64,000 nt of DNA from Bispira polyomma (lineage: Eukaryota). Where the stretch lies: positions 46,996,001-47,060,000 of the forward strand of contig OZ287753.1 in the NCBI GenBank assembly GCA_965649765.1. The letters are read 5' to 3'. Below the pieces are notes generated by a model, which worked only from the letters and a program-made list of their open reading frames with translations, did no database searches and was not told the DNA's origin. Position numbers and translations under genes: made by a program. Shown one piece after another: positions 53,501 through 64,000 of this stretch. Position 1 is the first letter of the stretch. Each line of letters begins with the position of its first letter.

Positions 53501-54661
53501 TTCAGCGTCTCTTAGGATGAGGTAAGTCTATTTTTATGCAATAAAATTGGTTAATTTTATTGTAATTATTATTTTTATAAATGAAAATACTTACCTCGTT
53601 CTAATAGGAAGACTCCCATCCCGCCTCCCTGCTTCTGGAATCTTCTGGGGAGTATGTCAAAAATATTGTTAGGATTCAAATTAGATCACGTGATCATGTC
53701 GAGATTGACTTAACAATTACACCACTGAACCACAGGTTAAGGTAGGGTGATAGCTTTTTTGGCTATTTGACCGTGGTTTAGTTGACGGCCATCAACTATA
53801 GCGTCTGTTAGGATGAGTTAGATATTTTTATTTATAAAAATTACAATTACAATAAAATTAACCAAATTTATTCCCTCATTATACAATACAACCAATTGCT
53901 TCCTTTCAGCAGATTGCAATAGATCAGATCCGACGTCGGCCGACGTCTGTTGGGCCATCACATTTTATCTGTCAGGGAGTGAAAAAATCGAAAGGACTGA
54001 CCGATTTTGAAACAGAAATGGCTAGAAAAACGCTATCACAGTTATAGCTTTTATCCATACATACTCAATATTTGTCATATGTTGACCTTGAAAATTGCAG
54101 GAGTAAACTTATTTCTTTGTGATTACTGTGTTTTTTCCCCACTAAAATCTGTTAAGAAACGGGTTAGATATTTAAGTTTACAGATGGGTACCCCATTTAA
54201 CTTCCCCAGTTATTGTGCATAACTATTTTTGATTTTCACTATTTTTTGATTTCCACTATTTTTGATTTTCGATTAACGTTTTGGTTTTGTTGCACCTTAG
54301 AATTTGTTGTACAAAGATTAAGCGCTATAAAAGTACGACTAGATTAGATTAGATCATAATACGTCACAGCATTGTCATAATGACGTCAGTTTTGTAGCTA
54401 CGTCACAGATTACACACCTAGAAGTAAAAATGGATACCCTGACCTAAATGTATTTATCTCATCCGTTTCTCAACGAATTTTGGTGGAAAACCCCACTGTA
54501 ATCACAATAAAATAAGCTTTCTCAAGCCATTTTCAACATCAACATCCGACGAATTTTCAGTATATATCTGATGAAAGGAAGCACAACATCAGCGGACGTC
54601 AGATCGGATTGGACACCTTCAAATCGGCCGACGTCAGAATGTCCTGAAAGGAAGCGCAGGC
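50591..54661. mobile_element. TA-flanked MITE interrupted by the DIRS insertion
   Basis: TA|gcctacgcttcctttt...gaaaggaagcgcaggc|TA. A related copy lies at about 61.7-62.3 kb. Confidence 0.7.
50640..53872 (+). mobile_element. Internally deleted DIRS1-type retrotransposon (ITRs, ICR and tyrosine recombinase remnant)
   Basis: Left ITR 50640-50823, right ITR 53656-53865, ICR about 53512-53606 complementary to both termini. Recombinase remnants GKAHDVRAMAS (52741) and KLGPYVSAQAVI (near 52890). Confidence 0.9.
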
Positions 54662-56168
54662 TAAGACTACGCACATGTCAAAAGTATTCCATTATGGTAA
54701 AGGCTGTTACACTGTGGCTTGGTTTATTTGAGACAACACTTTACTTGGGACAACTTGATCATTTTATATATTTTTGTTTGAAATTTCTAGCTGTTCCAAG
54801 ACAATAAGGTTGTTTTACCTATAGTGTTGCAGTAATGATAAAACTAGTAGATGTAAAAACAAAACTAGTGTGGGATTCAGCAAGTCGAACACTAGGAATG
54901 GAAAACTTTTAAAGGAATAACTATGATCATATTTAATGCAAGAAGATGGTTCAATGTAATAGCAAGGTTACATTCAAATTGATAACTAGGTTTTGCAGCA
55001 AATGTGTTCCCAAACTAAATAGATAAACTTAAGGATGTCAAAAGGCTTTGAGAATATTTTTGTGAGAAAGGACCCTCCAATAAAAACATAATAAAAAGTA
55101 GTAACATACTCAGTATCCATAATTTATGAAAGACAAATACAAATATATCACACCGGACACTGACATACTAATTTTAGAAAACTAAACAAGAAGCCAGGCC
55201 TCATAGCTCGATTTGGCTTTAGACCTTACGGACAGGTTTAAATCTATTCAGTGTTTTAGTGTTGTCAGAAAACATAGACCTGAACAATTGCAAACAAGTA
55301 AATTGCATAGAAAGGCTACTTTCGATTTAAAGAACCTGTAAGAACCTCTTAGAATAACCATCTCTACATGTTTTCTTGAGTCTCTCGGGTTTGAATGTTA
55401 GCCTTGGTGTATATGTGGGAGAATTGGTAGTAGATTTGCTGCTGGCATGTGGTATGTGGAGTAGAACTCCTTGACCAACTACCTCATTCTGATGAACTGC
55501 TCCACTATTGAACTGTCTGTCGTGATAGCACACAGAACTTGATGAAAGCGACGTTAAACCCTACCAAAACTACACCAAAACTAAAGCTTCTCCAGCCATA
55601 TCCAAGAAAACTGTCTGGTCTGTAAAATATGATTGGTGAGAATTGTCTGTACAGCCTTCACCTCCACACTGTTTATGGGACACACACGACTTTCTACAAG
55701 ACATAAGACAGCCTTTGATTACTCCAGGGGCCTGAAGTTAACTGCCTGAAGTATCGTCTTCTGGAGATGGAAATGATACAGACCTCTTTAGTCAGAAGAC
55801 TCTGTATAAGTTATAGGTGTAAGTAGTGACCTTATACGTCATCAATTAAATAACTCAAATCCCAAAGAGAAATGACTATTCTTGAAGCTAAGGGACAATG
55901 GTCCTTGTAATGTATTCTGGAATGTTATTCTGTATTTCATCCTGTGTTTACATCATTTGGTGAAATCAATTGGTGTGTATTTATTTCTACTCCAAGGATC
56001 ACTTCAAAGCAAATTATACAGTAGGGAAGAGGGGATATATGTTGTTATTATTGCACAAATCAAGATAGGGTGACCATTAAATGTCTGTCATATTATCACT
56101 AAAGTTGTGAAGAGTTGAACCAAACAGAAAAACTGTATGAAAGGGCAGCCGTTCCCCATCTCCCATTC

Positions 56169-56216
56169 CCACACACACCCACACACACACACACACACAC
56201 ACCCACACACACACAC
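56169..56216. repeat. Interrupted (AC)n microsatellite
   Basis: Directly visible. Confidence 0.9.
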
Positions 56217-58375
56217 TTGCCAAACATGAACTTTGTACAATCCCACTGCAGTCAAAAATTCTAAAACTCAAATGTAAAGTAGCTTATATTTCAGTCGTAT
56301 GTTAAACTTACAGTCTTCAGTATTTATGTAACTTGCCCCAACTAGTTATAATTATTCTATAATTATAATGTCACTTGTTGAATCAGCAAATAAATTTTTG
56401 GATGCAATATTTTATTTCAGGTTTAACATCACTTCAAATGATCAGTTTATCGGTGCAGAAAATTAGTGTTGGTCAATATCTGAAGATTATTAAGTTCCAG
56501 CAAAGAATTACTGCGGCACTGTAAACCACTGGCCTTAAGATATTCGAACCTGCCACCACAGAGATGGCAGATGAGTGTCTTACCACTACACTACAAGGCC
56601 ATTCCTAGCGATAGTAACATATATCTGTAGTAAATATCTTAGCATGACTATTGCCAGATCATACTGTGCAAATTTTAATTTAGATTAATTGCAATTGTTC
56701 ATAATTTTCTTCAGAAAAATAGCATATATTTTTGTATTAATAATATTATACTGTTTTAATCAATATGTACTGTTTGACATTGTTTAGAAATGACAAAGCC
56801 TTTAGAACTTATTCTGTGAACTATCCCCATTTACACTTCCAATCTTGTGTCAAGTGATATGTTTATCACTAGCAAGAAACCTTTTTATCTCACAAACAAG
56901 ATTTTAGTATTTGAATCTCTAACTACCACTCAACACAAAGCTATGTTTGGCAAAAGCCAATTGTATGTTTTCTTCCTCTAACCCTCTGGGATAGACTTAT
57001 TGCTGGTGTCTGCATACAATAAGGTCACCCTATTCTTAAAATAGCTTTACATTCTATTTTAACAGTATTTTTACTTACTATTTTTAACAGTAACAACTAC
57101 TCTCTCTGGCATTAGTATATTTTTATTGCATGATATAAATTCGAGGATATATTTTGTCAATCTAAAGTTCTTTTTATAGTCACAATAATGTCGAGTTTCT
57201 ATATTTATCCAGTCCGTTGCTATCCTTACCAAAGATGTGTGGGCTGACCAATTACTGGTCTACATGTAGAATTATCTGGCAATGTTGTGGCTTTTGCAGA
57301 AATAGTAGTGACAAGTCTGTATATTTCCTGTAGCGTTAGAACAGTGACCCCATCACGGAATGGTTAGAGGTCAAATAGAGCTGAGTAGTAAGAACTCCTT
57401 TATATGACAGCCCTATGGCTATTTTTAGACCTTTAGTACAGTCCTAATTGTCTGACATTCTTATACATCCACACACAGGTCTAAGTTTGGCCTATCACAA
57501 ACCAGATAGAACATCCTTTCACCCAGTAGTGGGACACCAATATTTGGACCATCAATTAAGCTGCAGAAGTGTCAAGCTCAACACAATGATAGGCAACAAT
57601 TTGATCACCTTAGAGGAATCCTTGGGGACTAAGTTTCTCCTCCAAATATAAACTTCCAGATGGTTGCAAAATTTTGGCCTATCTGATAAATTTGTGTACA
57701 ATCAAATTAACTATATTGAGATTATGGATAATTTTTACAATACTTGTACCATTTGTGACTGTGTCGCTGTTTTATCTTAAACCAGTGTAGGCCCTGCATA
57801 GTGTAAGCAATGCATAGATTTATAGAGCTGGGAACAAAAAACGAGTTAAATATAAAAGCTGAAGTGATTGAAAATAGTCAAATCTGTAAAATTGGCCAAG
57901 AATAGTGTATGCATTACACCATGAAAACCATGAAGTTTGCCCATTTCGTGAAATTGGCAACTCACTTGCACATTTCATTAAATGGGCAAAATGGTTGCTC
58001 TTTTTATAAAATGAGCAACAAATTATCTGCTCATTTTGCAAAATGAGCAAGTCAATGTACGAAATTTTAACTTCCACACTACATACAGTGATTCAAATAT
58101 GTGACTGGTGTTTTTTTAATCTATATTTTGATTTTTTCCCAACTTCGACAAATATTTTATTACTTATATTAATTAATCAGTTTGTAAAATATCACCATTT
58201 GTATTGGGGGTGTGGTTCAATGAATTTCTAACATGCTCCAAGCATGAACAAGTGTTGTAAGACTCTGCTAGTCGGGTTTTAAGTAAACTTTTGGTACAGA
58301 AACCTAAATTCAACTTGTGTTATAAATTTAAGCAAAATTTTTGGGTAGAGGAATATATTACTGATAAAATAAAAT

Positions 58376-58599
58376 TGTAAATCTATGCACTTAGATAATA
58401 TTTTTAAAATATTGAAAAATGTAATTTCTGATCATTAATTCTCTTTTCTTATAGAAATACATACAACATGCTCACTCAGATCCAACAATGTAAATCTATG
58501 CACTTAGATAATATTTTTAAAATATTGAAAAATGTAATTTCTGATCATTAATTCTCTTTTCTTATAGAAATACATACAACATGCTCACTCAGATCCAAC
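58376..58599 (+). repeat. 113-bp exact tandem duplication
   Basis: tgtaaatctatgcac...cagatccaac at 58376 and 58489. Confidence 0.95.
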
Positions 58600-61500
58600 G
58601 TCGGCCAATCTAGCCGCTAGGCCACACAGACCACTAGAGATAATGAACTATAATTATTTCATCACCGAAAATAACAATGCAAAACACTACTCTAATATTG
58701 AATGCACTCATAACAGATATTTTTAACAACAAATATAAATGTTTACGTTAGTGCAGTGTTTTTTATTTACGCATTCACTTTCGATGTAATTCATGGATCC
58801 AATTTTTTTCTTAAATTGACTTCACAACTAAAACATGTCTTTCTATGAATCATCATCTGCAATCAGTGGGAAGTGTCAACTGTCAGATGTGAAGGGTGAG
58901 GCTACTGTGAGAGAGACAGATAAGTGTCATCTATCAGACATTGTGACATGGGCTGGCTTAAAACAGTTCTAGGTGCAGGAAACTAGGTCTTCTGTACTTA
59001 CAGAGACTGATGGGTGAAGTGAAGGTCCCCGGATGGACAAATAAGGGGCTTAAAAGAAAATAATTTAAAGCTGATTAAAGGGCATCTGTGATATGTCTCC
59101 AGTCATGACCACTGTACAATAGCAAGTTTAATTCAAAATAAAAGAAATGAGAATTAAATTAACAACAGTCCTAGAGTAACCTTAGTAACCTTGAGTTGGA
59201 AATCAACCACAACAACCAGAGGCCACAGATCCCGTTATTATTAAAACAAGAAATCAGATGAATGTCACTGTGTCACCTGCTCTTGGGTAAGTTGGAGAGA
59301 TAAAAATTGTGTAACCGCAGAGAAGTATGAAACAAGCATCAAGTGGTACTATCACTTTTATTTTAAGGCAATGGAATATATTTTCGCCAGGTGGAGCTAA
59401 TATACACTACATATTTTTTTCAAAGCATTTCAAAATTTTAGACACCCTAAAAACATTCTTCACAAAATAACAATCCGTTTTCGTGAGGTTGGGTTAGTCT
59501 AGCGTACTAGTGAAGTGGACAAAATTGACGAAAATTGCTCTTAACTTTAAATATTAACTTAAAAGTGTATAGGAAGATTCTGTGTTACAGTCTGGAAGTA
59601 ATACAACATGTCGAAACATGTGTAAACTCATTATAATACTTTTACAAGTTTAAGGTCACCATACAATAGGGTTCCTCCTCAGGTCCATATACATCTGTGT
59701 ACCAGATATGAATGAAATCCAATAAGCAGTTTTAGAGTTAGAGTCCAAAAACAAAAGCGTCTTTTTGGTTATGGTGATCTATACCTGGACGAAAAAGTCA
59801 CGAACCTACTACTGATGAACGTCCTTCTTAATGAGACCGAGCCATAAAAGAAGTTAAAAATTTCTTACTTACAACATTTAAAAACTTAAAACAGTGGGAT
59901 TGCTTTTTTACTATCCAAAAAATCTATTTACACATATATCTTGTAAACTGATACTTAATAATACAAAGTATTTAATAATACAAAGCAAGGACAGTAAGAC
60001 TGTGTTGTTAGTTTCTTGATCTGTAAGTGCAGTCAGTAACCCTTGTGTAATCTGAACACTAACTTGTAAACAGCTCATATTAAAATCGATCTTTAATGTA
60101 GGGACATATGCACTGGAACTCTCAAGTAAACAAAGTATTTATGAGTATCGCCTTGCGTAAGGCTCAACATTGTTCTTACATTAACACAATGACTGCACTT
60201 TTAGAACATCTTTTGAATAGAGCTGTTTTCAATGACGTAATAGGCAGGTGGGTGTTGGACTACCATAATCTGGTTCTCGATGTTGGAATTTAGCAAAACA
60301 GTTCTTCTGTTATATGATTTAATATAAAGGTGGGGTCATTTTAGGCCTACTATTATTTAACAATGGACAGAAATGATATATTAAAATCTCATCATTGTAT
60401 ATTTGTGACATATGTTAATACCTGTGTCCCAACAGCCTGTGTGCGCTGTATGTTTATGTGGGACTTTTTCTCTGTGTTCTCGGGTTTTTCCTGAACCTTG
60501 GTCAGACTAACTCCTATATTTGCTGGCATCCGATCATATGCTTAGTCAAATATGTTTACTTGAGATTGTCTATTTGCACAATCCACTGGTATAAAGAGGC
60601 TCATGAAGTGTGTACTTAACCATTCCATACAGTCTGTCCTACCTAGTCTTTCTTTGGAGATAAGGAAAAATGTATGTTACACATTTGCGTCAAACTTGAT
60701 ATTTTCTTGCCCTTTTGTCATCCATGGGTGGAATTTATAACAAGTGTCAATAAATAAACTCCCATTGCTTTGCAAATACTACAGATGTTGTACACATATT
60801 TCTAGCTGTCATGTTTCAACCTTATTCTGGTCTCTACATAAACCAGTGTCACAGTTATAGACTGTTACTCTTCAACCAGTGAAATTGTGTGACAAAATGA
60901 AACCAATGTAGATCACAATGTGTTAGTCTTTCTTGTCTAATTTTTGTATATTTTACAGACCTTTGCATTCCTTTCCAATACATAAGTGACTTGACATGAC
61001 ATGACATGAACAATCATTAAAGTCTGAGACAGGCTAGGACAATAATGAACTGAGGTTTTATTTCAAGAATTAATGTCGGAGATAAAAGTTTGTGATTTAT
61101 TTCCTCCTCAAAGCATCTGTCATTTTCTTTTTACAACACCAAAATCTAAGCATGAACATGCTGTTATACTTATTAACCAAATTCAATGTTTTTTGTTTGA
61201 CTCTGACTCATAGAAAATATCACCAGTGTATTTAAGAACCAGACCATTGTTACACTAAAATATGTCAGCCATAACCCAAACTAGGTCATGTAAACAGAAT
61301 ATGTCTGGCATCACACGAGTTAAGCATAGAGTAATATATCTGGTACGTGCAATATATCAATCATTATGTACAGTCTGTGCAGTGCAGAAATCAACAAGGT
61401 CAATTAATCGAGATTGCATAAAATGTCAAATAACAGCGGGGGTTATGTTATTCCCATTGATTTTTCATGTACTTTGTCATATCGCTTTGAGCCTGGGCTT

Positions 61501-61732
61501 CCAGTCAGATGTCAAGCAACGAGTGACTTGTGTGACTTAGTCACTTATGTGCTTCTAATTAAAGATATTTCAATAGAGATTTTGTTGATAAAATTAGAGG
61601 AAAAAATGGTCACTTATGTGCTACCAATTAAAGATATTTCAAAAGAGATTTTGTTAATAAAATTAGAGAAAAAAAAATATAAGGTTTGTTTACCAAGGGG
61701 CTTAAGACAGCTGCCTGAGCTTTTTGCTCTTA

Positions 61733-62345
61733 GCCTTGGCTCCCTTTCAGCATGTTTCTGTCGGTCAGCCTACATCAGCCGAATATTTCGGTCACTGTAC
61801 ATCATTGAAACTGTTTCCTTTGAACAGATTTGCATCAGATCCGATCAGATGTCGGCAGACGTCTGTTAGCCTAGGCTTCCTTTCAGCTGATCTCGACATC
61901 CCGATCTGATCTGAGGAGAATATGTTGACAGGAAGCAGTTACTAAATAGTGACCGATAAAATCGGCCAACATCGGCCGATAAAAATATGCTGAAAGGAAG
62001 CCTATGCCTACACCATCAGAATTTATTGGTCAGGGAGTGAAAAAAAATCCGGGGGTCGGTCCAATTTTTTAAAAAAAATGCAGAAATTTAATTTACATAT
62101 TGTTAAACAATAATAGAAAGTAAAGAGTGGTACCCGTCTATAAACATAAATATCTCTGTTTTCTAAACGGATTTTGGTTGGAAAAAAAACAACACAGTAA
62201 TGACAATAAAATATGCTTTCTCCTGCCAACATCTGACGAATATTGAGTACATATCTGATGAAAGAAAGCACAACTTCAGCTGGCGTTGGTTCGGATACAT
62301 TTAAATACACCGACGTCAATGTCTGCTGAAAGAAAGTTTAGCCCA
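61733..62345. mobile_element. MITE family copy (related to 53.9-54.66 kb) with nested palindromic repeats
   Basis: cctttcagc / gctgaaagg motifs, and a shared tatctgatgaaag.aagcacaac segment. Confidence 0.7.
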
Positions 62346-62624
62346 AGGGGGAAAAAACAAGAATTGCCACCAGTCAACAGTTTCTGCACCAGCCGTATCC
62401 CAAAGGGAAACACGTAAAGGCTAGGTCACAAATACAAGGTTTTGCCCCGTGTCAGCTATGTTTTCAAATCCTAGATCTAGATCATACATGATTATCTTTA
62501 AAACGACCTGGATCACAAGTAGAGATGACATACACCACTGCCGACACCTTGGCCACAGAAGATTTGAACTGTTTAAAACAATCATCGAAATCCCACATAT
62601 CTGTGCATTTTAGTATAATAATAA

Positions 62625-63185
62625 TATAACAATAATAACTGTATTTAATGTGCCAATATCTATCTGAAGGTAATCACTGACACTACAATAGATTAGATTA
62701 CTCCATAACTTAGGAGCACTGTATGAAAATGATTGATCCCCAATGGGTTTTGTAGAGGGATTTTGATATGTTTAACAGGTAATCACTAATTGATCGTAAG
62801 GCCCTTGGTGGTCTGTATACACTTAGTATATCCCTGATGTATTATGGTGCAAGACCATTTAAGGCCTTAAATGTTAGCAACAAAATTTTAAACCTAATTC
62901 TTTGCTGTATAGGTAACCAGTGTAGTTCATAGCAAATGTAAGAGATGTGACACTGTTTTGGACTTAGGGTGATCACTCTAGCAGCATTATGCAATATCCT
63001 CTGCAGTCTGTTCAGATGATTGCCGGGAAGTCCAAACAAAAGAGAGTTGGCATACTCCAACCTGGAGGTAATTAAGGAGTGGACTAAACAAGAACAAGCA
63101 TCTTTGGTTAGAAATTTTCGAATTTTTCCACTGTTTCTCAGATGAAAGTTTGTAGACCTGCATATTGAAGATATGAACCTTGGAG
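62625..63185 (-). mobile_element. L2/CR1-type LINE ORF2 3' fragment
   Basis: LVHSLITSRLEYANSLLFGLP...LQRI..AAR...LHWLPI..RI.FKILLL.FKALNGLAP. Confidence 0.92.
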
Positions 63186-63244
63186 ATTCGTAAAAAAATT
63201 CACCCAAACATACAGACATTCTGCATAACCTTGTGTATATGTTA

Positions 63245-63456
63245 CAGTCAATCTGTGAAACTAGTCATTATGCATAATGACTGAAGCTTTAAGTCATTTC
63301 GTGTAATGACTGAAACCACAAGTCAGGTTTCAGTCATTACGCGGTTTCAGTCATTACCACCAGTTAGGTTTCAGTCATTACGCGGTTTCAGTCATTACGC
63401 GAAATGACTGAAAGTTTTAGTCATTACGCGTAATGACTGATTTCACAGATTGACTG
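63245..63456. mobile_element. 212-bp TA-flanked MITE (CAGT... ends)
   Basis: TA|cagtcaatctgtgaaa ... tttcacagattgactg|TA, with internal tcagtcattac repeats. Confidence 0.85.
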
Positions 63457-64000
63457 TAACATATATACATAACAAACTGTGATGAAACTTGTCCATAGTA
63501 ATACCTTGTGACAAAATTGCAAGCCGAAAACAAACCATTTTTCAAAGATGACTGTTGAACATAGAAATGGCTTCTCCATGCATATACACGTATATATGGG
63601 GCCCATCTGTGGCCACACGTTGTACATGTGAACAGCATCAAAGAAAAAATAAAAGTGGTTCAAATTTATGATATTATAATAGATGTTATACATGACTTTT
63701 TTATTTTTATAGTTCTGGAAAAATGCTGGACAAAATCATTTGTTTCAATTTATACTCGCCACCTTTATCGTGTAAACAATGGGTTAGTAAACCTGTTCTT
63801 GATTGCACAAGGATAGTGAACCAGCACCAGTAACTGTCAATCAAGTATAGAGAGATGTTTGAGAATGATCATTTCTCATTTATCTGTAGTCTGACACTAG
63901 AGATAGGAGCCAATGACAGAGGGACTGTGGTTTTAAGTGGTCATCTGAGCCAAGATGTATTTACTGGTACCTGGTCATCCCAAACTGGATCGAACCCAGT

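Overview
AT-rich, intron-rich animal genomic DNA (invertebrate, probably mollusc or another lophotrochozoan, judged from SINE style and gene families). Most ORFs in the supplied track are spurious. (1) 988-5851 (+): the last five exons of a zincin-like gene whose zinc ligands appear lost (HExxH is RELTI). (2) About 8660-29455 (+): a 17-exon secreted animal heme peroxidase (peroxinectin/chorion-peroxidase type). Its catalytic residues are intact, but it carries two clear frameshifts, phase-discordant junctions and radical substitutions, so it is either a recent pseudogene or an indel-prone assembly. (3) 30-64 kb: mostly decayed transposons, namely L2/CR1-type LINE fragments, tRNA-derived SINEs, TA-flanked MITEs, a Kolobok-like THAP-DDE transposon fused tail-to-tail with a Ngaro/PAT-like gag-RT-RNaseH element, and an internally deleted DIRS1-type element with intact ITR and ICR architecture nested inside a MITE. 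The most unusual pattern is that several tandem arrays or duplications are built from splice junctions, multiplying donor or acceptor sites up to about 20 times. One acceptor array stays in frame and regenerates a donor (AG|GTAACA) at most units. Exon coordinates were derived by hand from GT/AG signals, reading-frame phase and family motifs. No database searches were run.
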